In this document: positions 1 through 8,763 of the stretch, one piece after another
How the letters are laid out: each line of letters starts with the position of its first letter
Position numbering within the stretch: position 1 is the first letter of the stretch
Position numbers and translations under genes: made by a program
NCBI GenBank assembly: GCA_036755305.1
Contig: DAIONG010000007.1
Coordinates: 76,047-140,046 of the forward strand
From: Burkholderiaceae bacterium
GTDB lineage: Bacteria > Pseudomonadota > Gammaproteobacteria > Burkholderiales > Burkholderiaceae_D
Reading direction: 5' to 3'
Length of the DNA stretch: 64,000 nucleotides
The notes under the pieces: model-generated
The model's input: the letters and a program-made list of their open reading frames with translations, nothing else
Told to the model about the DNA's origin: nothing
Databases searched by the model: none

Positions 1-3
1 AAG

Positions 4-1164
4 TTACTTACGCTCGGCCAACGGCACGAACTGCAGGTCTTCCGGACCGACGTAGTTCGCGCTCGGGCGGATGATCTTGTTGTCGATGCGCTGCTCGATG
101 ACGTGGGCGGCCCAGCCCGAGGTGCGCGAGATGACGAACAGCGGCGTGAACATGGCGGTCGGCACGCCCATCATGTGGTACGACACGGCCGAGAACCAGT
201 CCAGGTTCGGGAACATCTTTTTCACGTCCCACATCACCGATTCCAGCCGCTCGGCGATGTCGAACATTTTCATCGAGCCCGCCTCGGACGACAGCGAACG
301 CGCCACTTCCTTGATCACCTTGTTGCGCGGGTCCGAGATCGTGTACACCGGGTGGCCGAAGCCGATCACGACTTCCTTGTTGGCCACGCGGTTGCGGATG
401 TCGGCTTCGGCTTCGTCGGCGTTTTCATAACGCTTCTGGATGTCGAGCGCCACCTCGTTGGCGCCGCCATGCTTCGGACCGCGCAGCGCGCCGATGGCGC
501 CGGTGATGGCCGAGTGCATGTCGGAACCGGTGCCGGCGATCACGCGGGCGGTGAAGGTCGACGCATTGAACTCGTGCTCGGCATACAGGATCAGCGAGGT
601 GTGCATCGCCTGCACCCACGATTCGCTCGGCTTGAAGCCGTGCAGCAGGTGCAGGAAGTGGCCGCCGATCGAATCGTCGTCGGTTTCCACTTCGATGCGC
701 TTGCCATTATGGCTGTAGTGGTACCAGTACAGCAGCATCGAGCCGAACGACGCCATCAGGCGGTCGGCGATGTCGCGCGCGCCGGCGATATTGTGGTCGT
801 CCTTTTCAGGCAGGGTGCAGCCGAGGACCGACACGCCGGTGCGCATCACGTCCATCGGATGGGCGCCGGCCGGCACCGCCTCGAGCGCGCTCTTGACGGC
901 GGCAGGCAGGCCGCGCAGCGAACGCAGCTTGGCCTTGTAGCCGCGCAGCTCGGCCTCGTTCGGCAGCTTGCCGTGCACCAGCAGGTAGGCGATTTCCTCG
1001 AATTCGCAGGCGTCGGCCACGTCCAGGATGTCGTAGCCGCGGTAATGCAGGTCATTGCCCGATTTGCCGACCGAGCACAGCGCGGTATTGCCGGCGGCGA
1101 CGCCGGACAGGGCCACGGATTTCTTCGGCTTGAAGGTTGGGGTCTCGTTGTTCTGGGTGCTCAT
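4..1164 (-). CDS. prpC: 2-methylcitrate synthase (citrate synthase family)
   Basis: 386-aa ORF with full-length citrate-synthase-family features ([17 protein letters not shown]). It lies directly downstream of methylisocitrate lyase on the same strand. Confidence 0.9.
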   Translation of the reverse strand: MSTQNNETPTFKPKKSVALSGVAAGNTALCSVGKSGNDLHYRGYDILDVADACEFEEIAYLLVHGKLPNEAELRGYKAKLRSLRGLPAAVKSALEAVPAGAHPMDVMRTGVSVLGCTLPEKDDHNIAGARDIADRLMASFGSMLLYWYHYSHNGKRIEVETDDDSIGGHFLHLLHGFKPSESWVQAMHTSLILYAEHEFNASTFTARVIAGTGSDMHSAITGAIGALRGPKHGGANEVALDIQKRYENADEAEADIRNRVANKEVVIGFGHPVYTISDPRNKVIKEVARSLSSEAGSMKMFDIAERLESVMWDVKKMFPNLDWFSAVSYHMMGVPTAMFTPLFVISRTSGWAAHVIEQRIDNKIIRPSANYVGPEDLQFVPLAERK

Positions 1165-1178
1165 CTTCGTGTCTCCTG

Positions 1179-2069
1179 TTACTTGGCTTTGTTCTGGGCG
1201 AACAGCGCGTCGAGCTTCTGTTCATAGCTATGGTAGTCGATGCGGTCGTACAGCTCGGCGCGCGTCTGCATGGTGTCGAGCACGTTCTGCTGGGTGCCGT
1301 CGCGGCGGATCGCGTTGTACACGTTCTCGGCCGCCTTGTTCATTGCGCGAAAGGCCGACAGCGGATACAGCACCAGGCCGACACCGGCGCCTTTCAGCTC
1401 GTCGACGGTGAACAGCGGGGTCGAACCGAACTCGGTGATATTGGCCAGCACCGGCACCTTGACCGCATCGGCGAACTGCTTATACATCTCCAGGCTCGTC
1501 ATCGCTTCGGGGAAGATCATGTCGGCGCCCGCTTCCACACAGGCCACGGCGCGCTCGATGGCGGCATCGAGACCTTCGACGGCCAGCGCATCGGTGCGCG
1601 CCATGATCACGAACTCGTCATAAGGGCGGGCATCGGCGGCGGCCTTGATGCGGTCGACCATCTCGTCCTTGCTCACGATTTCCTTGCCCGAACGGTGACC
1701 GCAGCGCTTGGCGCCGACCTGGTCCTCGATATGGCAGGCAGCGGCGCCGGCCTTGGCCAGGGTGCGCACGGTGCGCGCGACGTTGAAGGCCGAGGCGCCG
1801 AAACCGGTGTCGACATCGACCAGCAGCGGCAGGTCGCACACGTCGGTGATGCGGCGCACGTCGATCAGCACATCGTCCAGGTTCGAGATGCCGAGATCGG
1901 GCAAGCCCAGCGAGCCCGCCGCCACGCCGCCGCCAGACAGGTAGATCGCCTTGAATCCCGCACGCTTGGCCAGCAGGGCGTGGTTGGCGTTGATCGCACC
2001 GACCACTTGCAACGGGGATTCTTCCTGCATTGCCTTACGGAATGCGGCGCCGGCGGAGAGCTTGGTCAT
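1179..2069 (-). CDS. prpB: methylisocitrate lyase
   Basis: The ORF track gives 1179..2171. I chose the ATG at 2067-2069 ([17 protein letters not shown]...), which has an AAGGA Shine-Dalgarno upstream. PEP-mutase/isocitrate-lyase family motifs are present ([11 protein letters not shown]). Confidence 0.88.
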   Translation of the reverse strand: MTKLSAGAAFRKAMQEESPLQVVGAINANHALLAKRAGFKAIYLSGGGVAAGSLGLPDLGISNLDDVLIDVRRITDVCDLPLLVDVDTGFGASAFNVARTVRTLAKAGAAACHIEDQVGAKRCGHRSGKEIVSKDEMVDRIKAAADARPYDEFVIMARTDALAVEGLDAAIERAVACVEAGADMIFPEAMTSLEMYKQFADAVKVPVLANITEFGSTPLFTVDELKGAGVGLVLYPLSAFRAMNKAAENVYNAIRRDGTQQNVLDTMQTRAELYDRIDYHSYEQKLDALFAQNKAK

Positions 2070-2109
2070 GCGGTGTCCTTTCAAATGCGGTTGTAGTCTG
2101 ATCTGGTAC

Positions 2110-2125
2110 TGCAAACCGCGTGCCA
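2110..2125 (-). promoter_or_regulatory. sigma-54 (-24/-12) promoter of prpBC
   Basis: The minus strand reads TGGCAC-GCGGT-TTGCA, a perfect match to the TGGCAC-N5-TTGCW consensus. The -12 C is about 42 nt upstream of the prpB ATG. A PrpR-type sigma-54 activator is encoded in the window. Confidence 0.8.
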
Positions 2126-2301
2126 GCCTGGTGGCGCGCCCTGCCTGGTGGGCTATTCTCAATGTAATCAAGGAGTTGGCGCGGTCGCGCGGTTTATCGT
2201 CGGTATATCAGCCGCGTTACCGTTTCATGCTGAAACGATGAGATGAAACGCGTGCAACAATTAGCTCACGCTTAAACCTCGATCATGAGGTCCCGAACGT
2301 C

Positions 2302-2329
2302 TTGACATATCGGGATATCCCGATATACT
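2302..2329 (+). promoter_or_regulatory. sigma-70-type promoter overlapped by a 20-bp perfect palindrome (putative ArsR-family operator)
   Basis: TTGACA (2302-2307), a 16-nt spacer, then TATACT (2324-2329). The palindrome ATATCGGGAT|ATCCCGATAT spans 2307-2326. The ATG at 2337 falls at the expected transcription start, so the mRNA may be leaderless. Confidence 0.6.
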
Positions 2330-2336
2330 TCGACTC

Positions 2337-2639
2337 ATGGAACTGCTCGACATCTTCAAAGCCCTCTCCAACCGCACACGCCTCGATATCCTGAAAGGCT
2401 TGAAGGACCCGGAGAAACATTTTCCTCCACAGGACGAGGGCGATGTGCACACGGTCGGTGTGTGCGTGAGCAGTATCCAGGAAGGCGTCGGCCTGTCGCA
2501 GTCGACCGTGTCCGACTACCTTGCAACGCTGCAGCGCGCCGGCCTGGTGGAAGTGCGCCGTATTGGCCAGTGGACGTATTACAAGAGGAACGAGGCAACC
2601 ATCAGCGCCCTCGCCGAGATCATCGGAAAAGAGCTGTAA
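2337..2639 (+). CDS. ArsR/SmtB-family winged-helix transcriptional regulator
   Basis: 100 aa. The N-terminus ([19 protein letters not shown]) and the HTH region ([21 protein letters not shown]) are typical of the ArsR family. Confidence 0.85.
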   Translation: MELLDIFKALSNRTRLDILKGLKDPEKHFPPQDEGDVHTVGVCVSSIQEGVGLSQSTVSDYLATLQRAGLVEVRRIGQWTYYKRNEATISALAEIIGKEL

Positions 2640-2656
2640 GCTTTTTTTATCTATGT

Positions 2657-2676
2657 ATATCGAAAATTCTCGATAT
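2657..2676 (+). promoter_or_regulatory. second ArsR-type operator-like inverted repeat
   Basis: ATATCGAAAA|TTCTCGATAT matches 9 of 10 per half. It shares the ATATCG-N8-CGATAT frame of the 2307-2326 palindrome and lies 28 nt upstream of the oxidoreductase ATG. Confidence 0.5.
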
Positions 2677-2703
2677 CCCTTTTTAACGAAACGAGGTTCA
2701 ATC

Positions 2704-3693
2704 ATGAAAGCTCAAGTACTTACTTCTTTTGGCGGCCCGGAATCGTTCGAACTGCGTGACGTGCCGAAACCCGTCCCGCAGTCCGGCCAGGTGCTGGTGC
2801 GGGTGCAGGCAACTTCCATCAATCCCCTGGACTATCAGGTCCGCCGCGGCGACTATGCCGACCTGGTGCCGCTGCCGGGCATCACCGGGCATGACGTCTC
2901 GGGCGTGGTCGAGGAAGTCGGACCGGGCGTGACCGCCTTCGCGCCGGGCGACGAGGTCTGGTACACCCCGCAAATCTTCGATGGCCCCGGCAGCTATGCC
3001 GAATACCATGTTGCCGCCGAGAGTATTGTCGGCCGCAAACCCGCTTCGCTGACCCACCTCGAAGCAGCCAGCCTGACCCTGGTCGGTGGAACCGCGTGGG
3101 AAGCCCTTGCCGTCCGCGCCCAGTTGAAAGCCGGCGAAAGCATCCTGATCCATGGCGGCGCGGGCGGTGTCGGCCATGTCGTGATCCAGGTCGCCAAAGC
3201 GATGGGCGCCAGGATCTTCACCACGGTGCGCGAAGACAACTTCGAGTTCGTGCGCTCGCTGGGCGCCGACGTGGTCATCGACTACACGAAAGAAGACTAC
3301 GTCGAAGCCATCCGGCGCGAGACAGCTGGCCACGGCGTCGACGTGGTATTCGACACCATCGGCGGCGATACCCTGACCCGCAGTCCGGACGTGCTGGCGC
3401 AACTCGGCCGCGTGGTCTCGATCGTGGACATCGCCAAGCCGCAGAACCTGATCCAGGCCTGGGGCAAGAATGCGAGCTACCACTTCGTCTTCACCCGCCA
3501 GAACCGCGGCAAGCTCGACGAATTGAGCGCGCTGATCGAGCGCGGCCAGTTGAAACCGCACATCGGCGCCGTCTATTCGCTGGCCGACATTCCAAGCGCC
3601 CATGCGCGGCTTGAAAGCCGTGACAACGGCCTCACGGGCAAGATCGCGATCGCGGTGGGCCCGCTGGCCGACGTCGCAAGCGCGAACGCCTGA
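2704..3693 (+). CDS. zinc-type alcohol dehydrogenase / NADPH:quinone oxidoreductase family protein
   Basis: ORF track start is 2521. I chose the ATG at 2704 ([23 protein letters not shown]...). MDR superfamily features are present, including the GAGGVGH nucleotide-binding motif. Confidence 0.85.
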   Translation: MKAQVLTSFGGPESFELRDVPKPVPQSGQVLVRVQATSINPLDYQVRRGDYADLVPLPGITGHDVSGVVEEVGPGVTAFAPGDEVWYTPQIFDGPGSYAEYHVAAESIVGRKPASLTHLEAASLTLVGGTAWEALAVRAQLKAGESILIHGGAGGVGHVVIQVAKAMGARIFTTVREDNFEFVRSLGADVVIDYTKEDYVEAIRRETAGHGVDVVFDTIGGDTLTRSPDVLAQLGRVVSIVDIAKPQNLIQAWGKNASYHFVFTRQNRGKLDELSALIERGQLKPHIGAVYSLADIPSAHARLESRDNGLTGKIAIAVGPLADVASANA

Positions 3694-3717
3694 TCAACTC
3701 ACCTCGAAAGGAACATC

Positions 3718-4044
3718 ATGGTTTACGAGATCGCCACCCTGCCCGTCCGGCCTGAACATGTCGACACCTTCAGGAGTGCTTTCGCCGAGGTCGCGCACCT
3801 GCTCAGCCGCGCCAGGGGTTATCGGGGACATATGCTGGCGCCGGGAATCGAGCAGCCCACGCAATTCACGCTGATCGTGCGCTGGCAGACGCTGGAGGAT
3901 CACAGCCCGCGCTTCGAGGCGAGCGACGACCACCAGCAGTTCATGGCGGGCTTGCAGGATTATCTTGCGGACGAGCCCGCCGTCCATCACATCGAAGCTG
4001 CGGCCTTTGCCATCGGGCCGTGGGATGCAGCGTCAACGCGATGA
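3718..4044 (+). CDS. antibiotic-biosynthesis-monooxygenase (ABM) domain protein
   Basis: 108 aa with a ferredoxin-like ABM pattern (FTLIVRWQTLEDHSPRFEAS). It lies 24 nt after the oxidoreductase gene. Confidence 0.65.
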   Translation: MVYEIATLPVRPEHVDTFRSAFAEVAHLLSRARGYRGHMLAPGIEQPTQFTLIVRWQTLEDHSPRFEASDDHQQFMAGLQDYLADEPAVHHIEAAAFAIGPWDAASTR

Positions 4045-4097
4045 AAGAATGCCGTTCATCCGAACGGCATTCAAGTCCTCATTCGCCCTGCGCGATT

Positions 4098-4643
4098 TCA
4101 ACGTGACGATCGGCGTTTGTAGTGGCGAGTCACGTTCAAGCCCAGCAGCGCTATGCCGAGCAAAGCCAGCGAACCGGGCTCTGGCACCTCGTTGGCAAAC
4201 TCGACGTCAAGTCGGTAGCTGAAGTCCGGGGCGAGCAATTGATTGCTGACGTCGATATAAATGTTATTGGCGTCGAACGTGATGTCACCAGCCTCGAGCC
4301 CGGGCTGGTTGCTGGCCGGATTGATTGATACGCCTGTTATCCCCAGGTCGATGCCGGAGATGAGGAGATAGACGCCAGGAATCCATTGGCAACAGTTAAA
4401 GTTGCTCAGCAGGACACTTCCATCGCTAAAAGTTGCCGAGGCCTGATTGTTATAGAGGGGGCCGAGGCTGAGTCCGTCGGTGATGATGGCAGAGTCGCTT
4501 CCTTCAACGCTCCCACCAGGGCCCGGGTAAAGAAGCGAGAAAGTGACCTGGTTTCCGATGAAGCCCGCATGTGCACTCGGTGCCGAGGCAAACGTCAGCA
4601 GCACTAACGCAATACTGCACACCTTCCAGAAAGTCGTTTTCAT
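4098..4643 (-). CDS. PEP-CTERM sorting-domain protein (secreted, function unknown)
   Basis: It has an N-terminal signal peptide (ALVLLTFASAPSAHA). The C-terminus reads VPEPGSLALLGIALLGL...KRRSSR, which is the PEP motif, a TM helix and a basic tail. Confidence 0.85.
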   Translation of the reverse strand: MKTTFWKVCSIALVLLTFASAPSAHAGFIGNQVTFSLLYPGPGGSVEGSDSAIITDGLSLGPLYNNQASATFSDGSVLLSNFNCCQWIPGVYLLISGIDLGITGVSINPASNQPGLEAGDITFDANNIYIDVSNQLLAPDFSYRLDVEFANEVPEPGSLALLGIALLGLNVTRHYKRRSSR

Positions 4644-4677
4644 GATAATCCGTTTGAGTTATTGGACTATCCCGCCA

Positions 4678-4693
4678 AGCAATATCGATGCCA
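4678..4693 (-). promoter_or_regulatory. candidate sigma-54 promoter of the PEP-CTERM gene
   Basis: The minus strand reads TGGCAT-CGATA-TTGCT, with correct GG-N10-GC spacing and 10/11 consensus positions. The -12 C is about 36 nt upstream of the ATG at 4643. Confidence 0.55.
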
Positions 4694-4769
4694 TCACCGT
4701 AAATACATGATAATTAATGGTATTTATTGATGAGCGCTAAAAAGTGTAATTTTTTCCGACAGTCAATCT

Positions 4770-4812
4770 GCTGATAAAGAAAATGCCGCCCAGTAAAGTA
4801 CTGAGCGGCATT
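4770..4812 (-). terminator. intrinsic terminator downstream of actP
   Basis: Stem AATGCCGC (4782-4789) pairs with GCGGCATT (4805-4812), with inner CAGTA/TACTG pairing. On the minus strand it is followed by TTTCTTTAT. Confidence 0.6.
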
Positions 4813-4849
4813 ATCTAGTGAGCGCGCTTGTTGCCAAGCACGCCGTGGC

Positions 4850-6517
4850 TTAGTGCGCCGACGCTCCCGCCGCACCGATACCGGTCTCGGCACGCACTTC
4901 CTGCGCCTCGAAGCCGGCGCGGTCGATGCGGGCGCGTGGGCCCTTGTCGGTGATCGAGAAGATCCAGATGCCGAAGAAGCCGACCGCCATCGAGAAGATC
5001 GCCGGCGAGGCGTACGGGAAGATCGCTGCACTATTGCCCAGCACGTCGACCCAGACCGATTTCGACAGCAGGGTCAGCACGACCGCGGTCGCCAGGCCCA
5101 GGAAGCCGCCCACGGTGGCGCCGCGGGTGGTGCAGTCTTTCCACAGCACCGACATGAACAGCACCGGGAAGTTGGCCGAAGCGGCGATCGCGAAGGCCAG
5201 CGACACCATGAAGGCGACGTTCTGCTTCTCGAAGGCGATACCCAGCAGCACGGCGATGATGCCGAGGCAGATGGTGGTGATCTTCGACACTTTCAGCTCG
5301 TTGGCGCTGGTGGCCTGGCCCTTCTTGAACACGGTGGCGTACAGGTCGTGCGAGACCGCCGAGGCGCCCGACAGGGTCAGGCCGGCCACCACCGCCAGGA
5401 TGGTCGCGAAGGCCACGGCCGAGATGAAGCCCAGGAACACGTCGCCGCCCACGGCTTGCGCCAGGTGGACCGCCGCCATGTTGTTACCGCCCAGCAGTGC
5501 ACCGGCAGCATCCTTGAAGGCCGGGTTGGTGCCGACCAGCACGATCGCGCCGAAGCCGATGATGAAGGTCAGGATGTAGAAGTAGCCGATCCAGGTGGTC
5601 GCCCACAGCACCGATTTACGTGCCTCCTTGGCGCTCGGGACGGTGAAGAAGCGCATCAGGATGTGCGGCAGGCCGGCGGTGCCGAACATCAGCGCCATGC
5701 CGAACGAAATCGCGGAAATCGGATCCTTGATGAAGCTGCCCGGGCCCATGATCGCCTCGCCTTTCGCGTGCAGTTCGGTGGCGCTCTGGAACAGCTGGGT
5801 TGGGCTGAAGTTGTACTGCGCCAGCACCGAGAACGCCATGAACGAGGCGCCCGACAGCAGCAGCACGGCCTTGATGATCTGCACCCAGGTGGTGGCGGTC
5901 ATGCCGCCGAACAGCACGTAGACCATCATCAGGATGCCGACCAGCACCACCGCGATCCAGTAGTCGAGGCCGAACAGCAGCTTGATCAGCTGGCCGGCGC
6001 CGACCATCTGCGCGATCAGGTAGAAGGCCACCACGACCAGGGTGCCGGAGGCCGCGAACACGCGGATCGGCTTCTGGGCGAAGCGGTACGAGGCCACGTC
6101 GGCGAAGGTGAAGCGGCCCAGGTTGCGCAGGCGCTCGGCCATCAGGAAGGTGATGACGGGCCAGCCGACCAGGAAGCCGATCGCGTAAATCAGGCCATCG
6201 AAGCCATCCAGGAACACGGCGGCGGAAATGCCCAGGAAGGACGCGGCCGACATGAAGTCGCCCGCGATCGCCAGGCCATTCTGGAAGCCGGTGATGCCGC
6301 CGCCGGCGGTATAGAAGTCGGACGCCGAACGGGTCTTGGCGGCTGCCCACTTGGTGATGTACAGGGTGCCCAGCACGAACACGCCGAACATGATGATGGC
6401 GGTCCAGTTGGTGGCTTGCTTGACGCCCTGGCCGAGGTCGGGGGCGGCCTGGGCGATGCCGGCTGCGGCAAAGAAAGCAAATGCGGCCAGCGCGGCTGCG
6501 GTGTGGAAGCGTTTCAT
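4850..6517 (-). CDS. actP: cation/acetate symporter (SSS family)
   Basis: 555 aa and multi-TM with full-length ActP-like sequence. It is preceded by a DUF485/YjcH gene with a 1-nt overlap, the classic yjcH-actP pairing. Confidence 0.88.
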   Translation of the reverse strand: MKRFHTAAALAAFAFFAAAGIAQAAPDLGQGVKQATNWTAIIMFGVFVLGTLYITKWAAAKTRSASDFYTAGGGITGFQNGLAIAGDFMSAASFLGISAAVFLDGFDGLIYAIGFLVGWPVITFLMAERLRNLGRFTFADVASYRFAQKPIRVFAASGTLVVVAFYLIAQMVGAGQLIKLLFGLDYWIAVVLVGILMMVYVLFGGMTATTWVQIIKAVLLLSGASFMAFSVLAQYNFSPTQLFQSATELHAKGEAIMGPGSFIKDPISAISFGMALMFGTAGLPHILMRFFTVPSAKEARKSVLWATTWIGYFYILTFIIGFGAIVLVGTNPAFKDAAGALLGGNNMAAVHLAQAVGGDVFLGFISAVAFATILAVVAGLTLSGASAVSHDLYATVFKKGQATSANELKVSKITTICLGIIAVLLGIAFEKQNVAFMVSLAFAIAASANFPVLFMSVLWKDCTTRGATVGGFLGLATAVVLTLLSKSVWVDVLGNSAAIFPYASPAIFSMAVGFFGIWIFSITDKGPRARIDRAGFEAQEVRAETGIGAAGASAH

Positions 6518-6825
6518 CAGGCACCCACTTTCGCTTTGATGGCGTCGCTCAGCTCGTCGTAGTCGCGGTTGGCGCGGCGCACGTAGATGCCGGTGATGAC
6601 GACGGTGAAGATGATGACGAACAGGCCCAGGGGGATGCCCCAGGTCATGACGCCTTCACCGATGCGGGAACCCATGAACTCCTTGTTGAACGCGACCAGC
6701 AGCGTGAAGCCGTAGTACACGATCATCATGGCCCAGGTCAGCGTCCAGCCGAACTTGGAACGGGTCTCTTTGAGCTTTTGGTAATTGGGGTCGCTCTTGA
6801 CCCTTTGTACAACGTCTTGATCCAA
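6517..6825 (-). CDS. DUF485 (YjcH-like) inner-membrane protein
   Basis: 102 aa with two TM helices. It sits upstream of and overlaps actP. Confidence 0.8.
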   Translation of the reverse strand: MDQDVVQRVKSDPNYQKLKETRSKFGWTLTWAMMIVYYGFTLLVAFNKEFMGSRIGEGVMTWGIPLGLFVIIFTVVITGIYVRRANRDYDELSDAIKAKVGA

Positions 6826-6944
6826 TTTTGTCTCCTGATTTTTCTGGTGTTGCCTTTACGGCTGAGACCCATCCTACGGGCGGCCCCTTACCGGATTCTT
6901 ACGGCATAAAAAGTAATTGACCGTTCGTTCGGTTACGTCGCGAC

Positions 6945-6959
6945 GTTTCAAATTGAAAC
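6945..6959. promoter_or_regulatory. perfect 7-1-7 palindrome in the yjcH/prpR divergent region
   Basis: GTTTCAA-A-TTGAAAC lies 32 nt upstream of the prpR ATG. The binding factor is unknown. Confidence 0.3.
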
Positions 6960-6990
6960 GCCACGATGGAAAATGCACTAGACTTGAAAC

Positions 6991-8607
6991 ATGAATTCAT
7001 CCCGTTCCACGGTGGATGGCGGCGACAAGCCCGTCATCTGGACCGTCTCCGTCTCGCGCCTGTCCGACCTGTTTCGCGACATCACCGTCGAATACGACCA
7101 TGTAGCTTCGATCGAACCGCTGCATCTTGGTTTTGACGAGGCTGCGAAACATATCCGCGAGCGCCTTGCCACTGAACACTGCGACGTGGTGATCGCGGCC
7201 GGCTCGAATGCTGCCTGGCTCAAGGGCCGCGTGTCGGTGCCGGTGGTGGCGGCCAAGGCCAGCGGTTACGACGTCTTGAAGGCGCTGGCGCGGGCGCGGC
7301 GCGTCTCGGATCGGATCGGCGTCATCAGCTACCAGGCGCCGCTGCCGGAACTGGGCAACTTCGCCGCCACCTTCGGCCTCGACCTGGCCCAGCGCACTTA
7401 TGTGACGCGCGAAGATGCGCGCGCCGCGGTGCACGAGCTCAAGGCCGAGGGCATCGCCGTGATCGTCGGCGCCGGATTGATCACCGACCTGGCCGAGGAA
7501 GCCGGGCTGACCGGGGTGTTCCTGTATTCGGCGGCTTCGATCCGCCAGGCTTTCGACGACGCGCTGGAACTGGCGCGCCTGACCCGGCTCGAGTCTGGGC
7601 GCGGGCGCCGCACCGCCAATGCCCAGCGCGCGCGGCGCGGCATGAATGACCTGCGCGGCGACTCGCCCGCGATGGAGCGCCTGCGCCAGACCGTGGTGCT
7701 GTACGCGCGCTCGCCCAGCACCGTGCTGATCGAGGGCGAAACCGGCAGCGGCAAGGAGTTGGTGGCCCAGGCGATCCACCGCGAAAGCCCGCGCCGCGGC
7801 GCCAACCGCCCCTTCGTCGCGGTGAACTGCGGCGCGATCGCCGAGTCGCTGCTGGAATCGGAACTGTTCGGCCACGAAGAAGGCGCATTCACGGGCGCGC
7901 GCCGCGGCGGCCATGCCGGTCTGTTCGAAGCCGCCAACGGCGGCACCCTGTTCCTGGACGAGATCGGAGAGATGCCCCTGGCCCTGCAGACCCGCCTGCT
8001 GCGCGTGCTGGAAGAGCGCGAGGTGATGCGGGTCGGCGGCACGCGCCCGGTGCCGATCGACGTGCGCGTGATCAGCGCCACCCATTGCGACCTCGAAGCG
8101 CGCGTGCGCGAGGGACGCTTCCGGTCCGACCTGTTCTATCGGCTGGCGGTGCTGCGCCTGGACTTGCCGCCGCTGCGCGCGCGGGTCCAGGACATTGCGC
8201 CGCTGGCCGAATGGTCGCTCAAGCATGCGCTGGCGGCGCTGGACGCCCGCCCCCATCCGAACCTGGCGGCCGAGATCAAGGCATGCGCGCCCCTGCTCGC
8301 TTCCTACGCCTGGCCGGGCAATGTGCGCGAGCTGCGCAACCTGATGGAACGGGTCGCCTTGTTCCTGGCGGCCGAGCCGCTGCAGGCGTTGACGCCGGCC
8401 TTCATGCTGTCGGTGGCGCCGGAACTGGGGCGGCAAGCGGCAGCGCCCGTCGAGGTTTCATTTTTACCCACCTCTGCGGTACGCGAATCGGCGGCGGCCG
8501 TGCTGGCCCGTTTCGGCGGACAGCGCGATCTTGCCGCGCAGCATCTGGGCATCAGCCGCACCACCCTGTGGCGCCGCCTCAAGTCCGAGGCCTCGCCGGA
8601 CACTTAA
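6991..8607 (+). CDS. prpR: sigma-54-dependent propionate catabolism activator
   Basis: 538 aa. It has a PrpR_N-type sensory domain, an AAA+ sigma-54 interaction domain (GETGSGKE, GAFTGA, ELFGHEEGAFTGA) and a C-terminal Fis-type HTH. Confidence 0.82.
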   Translation: MNSSRSTVDGGDKPVIWTVSVSRLSDLFRDITVEYDHVASIEPLHLGFDEAAKHIRERLATEHCDVVIAAGSNAAWLKGRVSVPVVAAKASGYDVLKALARARRVSDRIGVISYQAPLPELGNFAATFGLDLAQRTYVTREDARAAVHELKAEGIAVIVGAGLITDLAEEAGLTGVFLYSAASIRQAFDDALELARLTRLESGRGRRTANAQRARRGMNDLRGDSPAMERLRQTVVLYARSPSTVLIEGETGSGKELVAQAIHRESPRRGANRPFVAVNCGAIAESLLESELFGHEEGAFTGARRGGHAGLFEAANGGTLFLDEIGEMPLALQTRLLRVLEEREVMRVGGTRPVPIDVRVISATHCDLEARVREGRFRSDLFYRLAVLRLDLPPLRARVQDIAPLAEWSLKHALAALDARPHPNLAAEIKACAPLLASYAWPGNVRELRNLMERVALFLAAEPLQALTPAFMLSVAPELGRQAAAPVEVSFLPTSAVRESAAAVLARFGGQRDLAAQHLGISRTTLWRRLKSEASPDT

Positions 8608-8763
8608 CAAAACTTTAAGCTGATCCAAAGCAGCGCTCGACAAAAACTCGTATCATGATTCTTTAAAGTGCTGGCGCCGATCCGCGCCAGTTCGTCGTAG
8701 CACGCCGGCCTGCCGCGGTCTCTTGCGCTACCCGCGCCGGCTGGTCGGCTTAACGGAGGCAAT

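Noticed and set aside
6826-6990. Possible sigma-54 promoter for yjcH-actP, given the adjacent prpR.
   Set aside because: No GG-N10-GC element with acceptable flanks exists on the minus strand. The best candidates (TGGCGT...TTTGA, AGGAT...CAGC) fail the invariant GC or most consensus positions.
8608-8763. GC-rich hairpin (CTGGCGC-CGATCC-GCGCCAG, 8671-8690) and further self-complementary GCCGGC/CCGCGG segments upstream of the CBS gene, considered as a possible riboswitch (SAM/SAH class).
   Set aside because: I could not align it to any riboswitch consensus I know. It may simply be the prpR terminator and ordinary leader. A covariance-model scan (Rfam/Infernal) would be needed.
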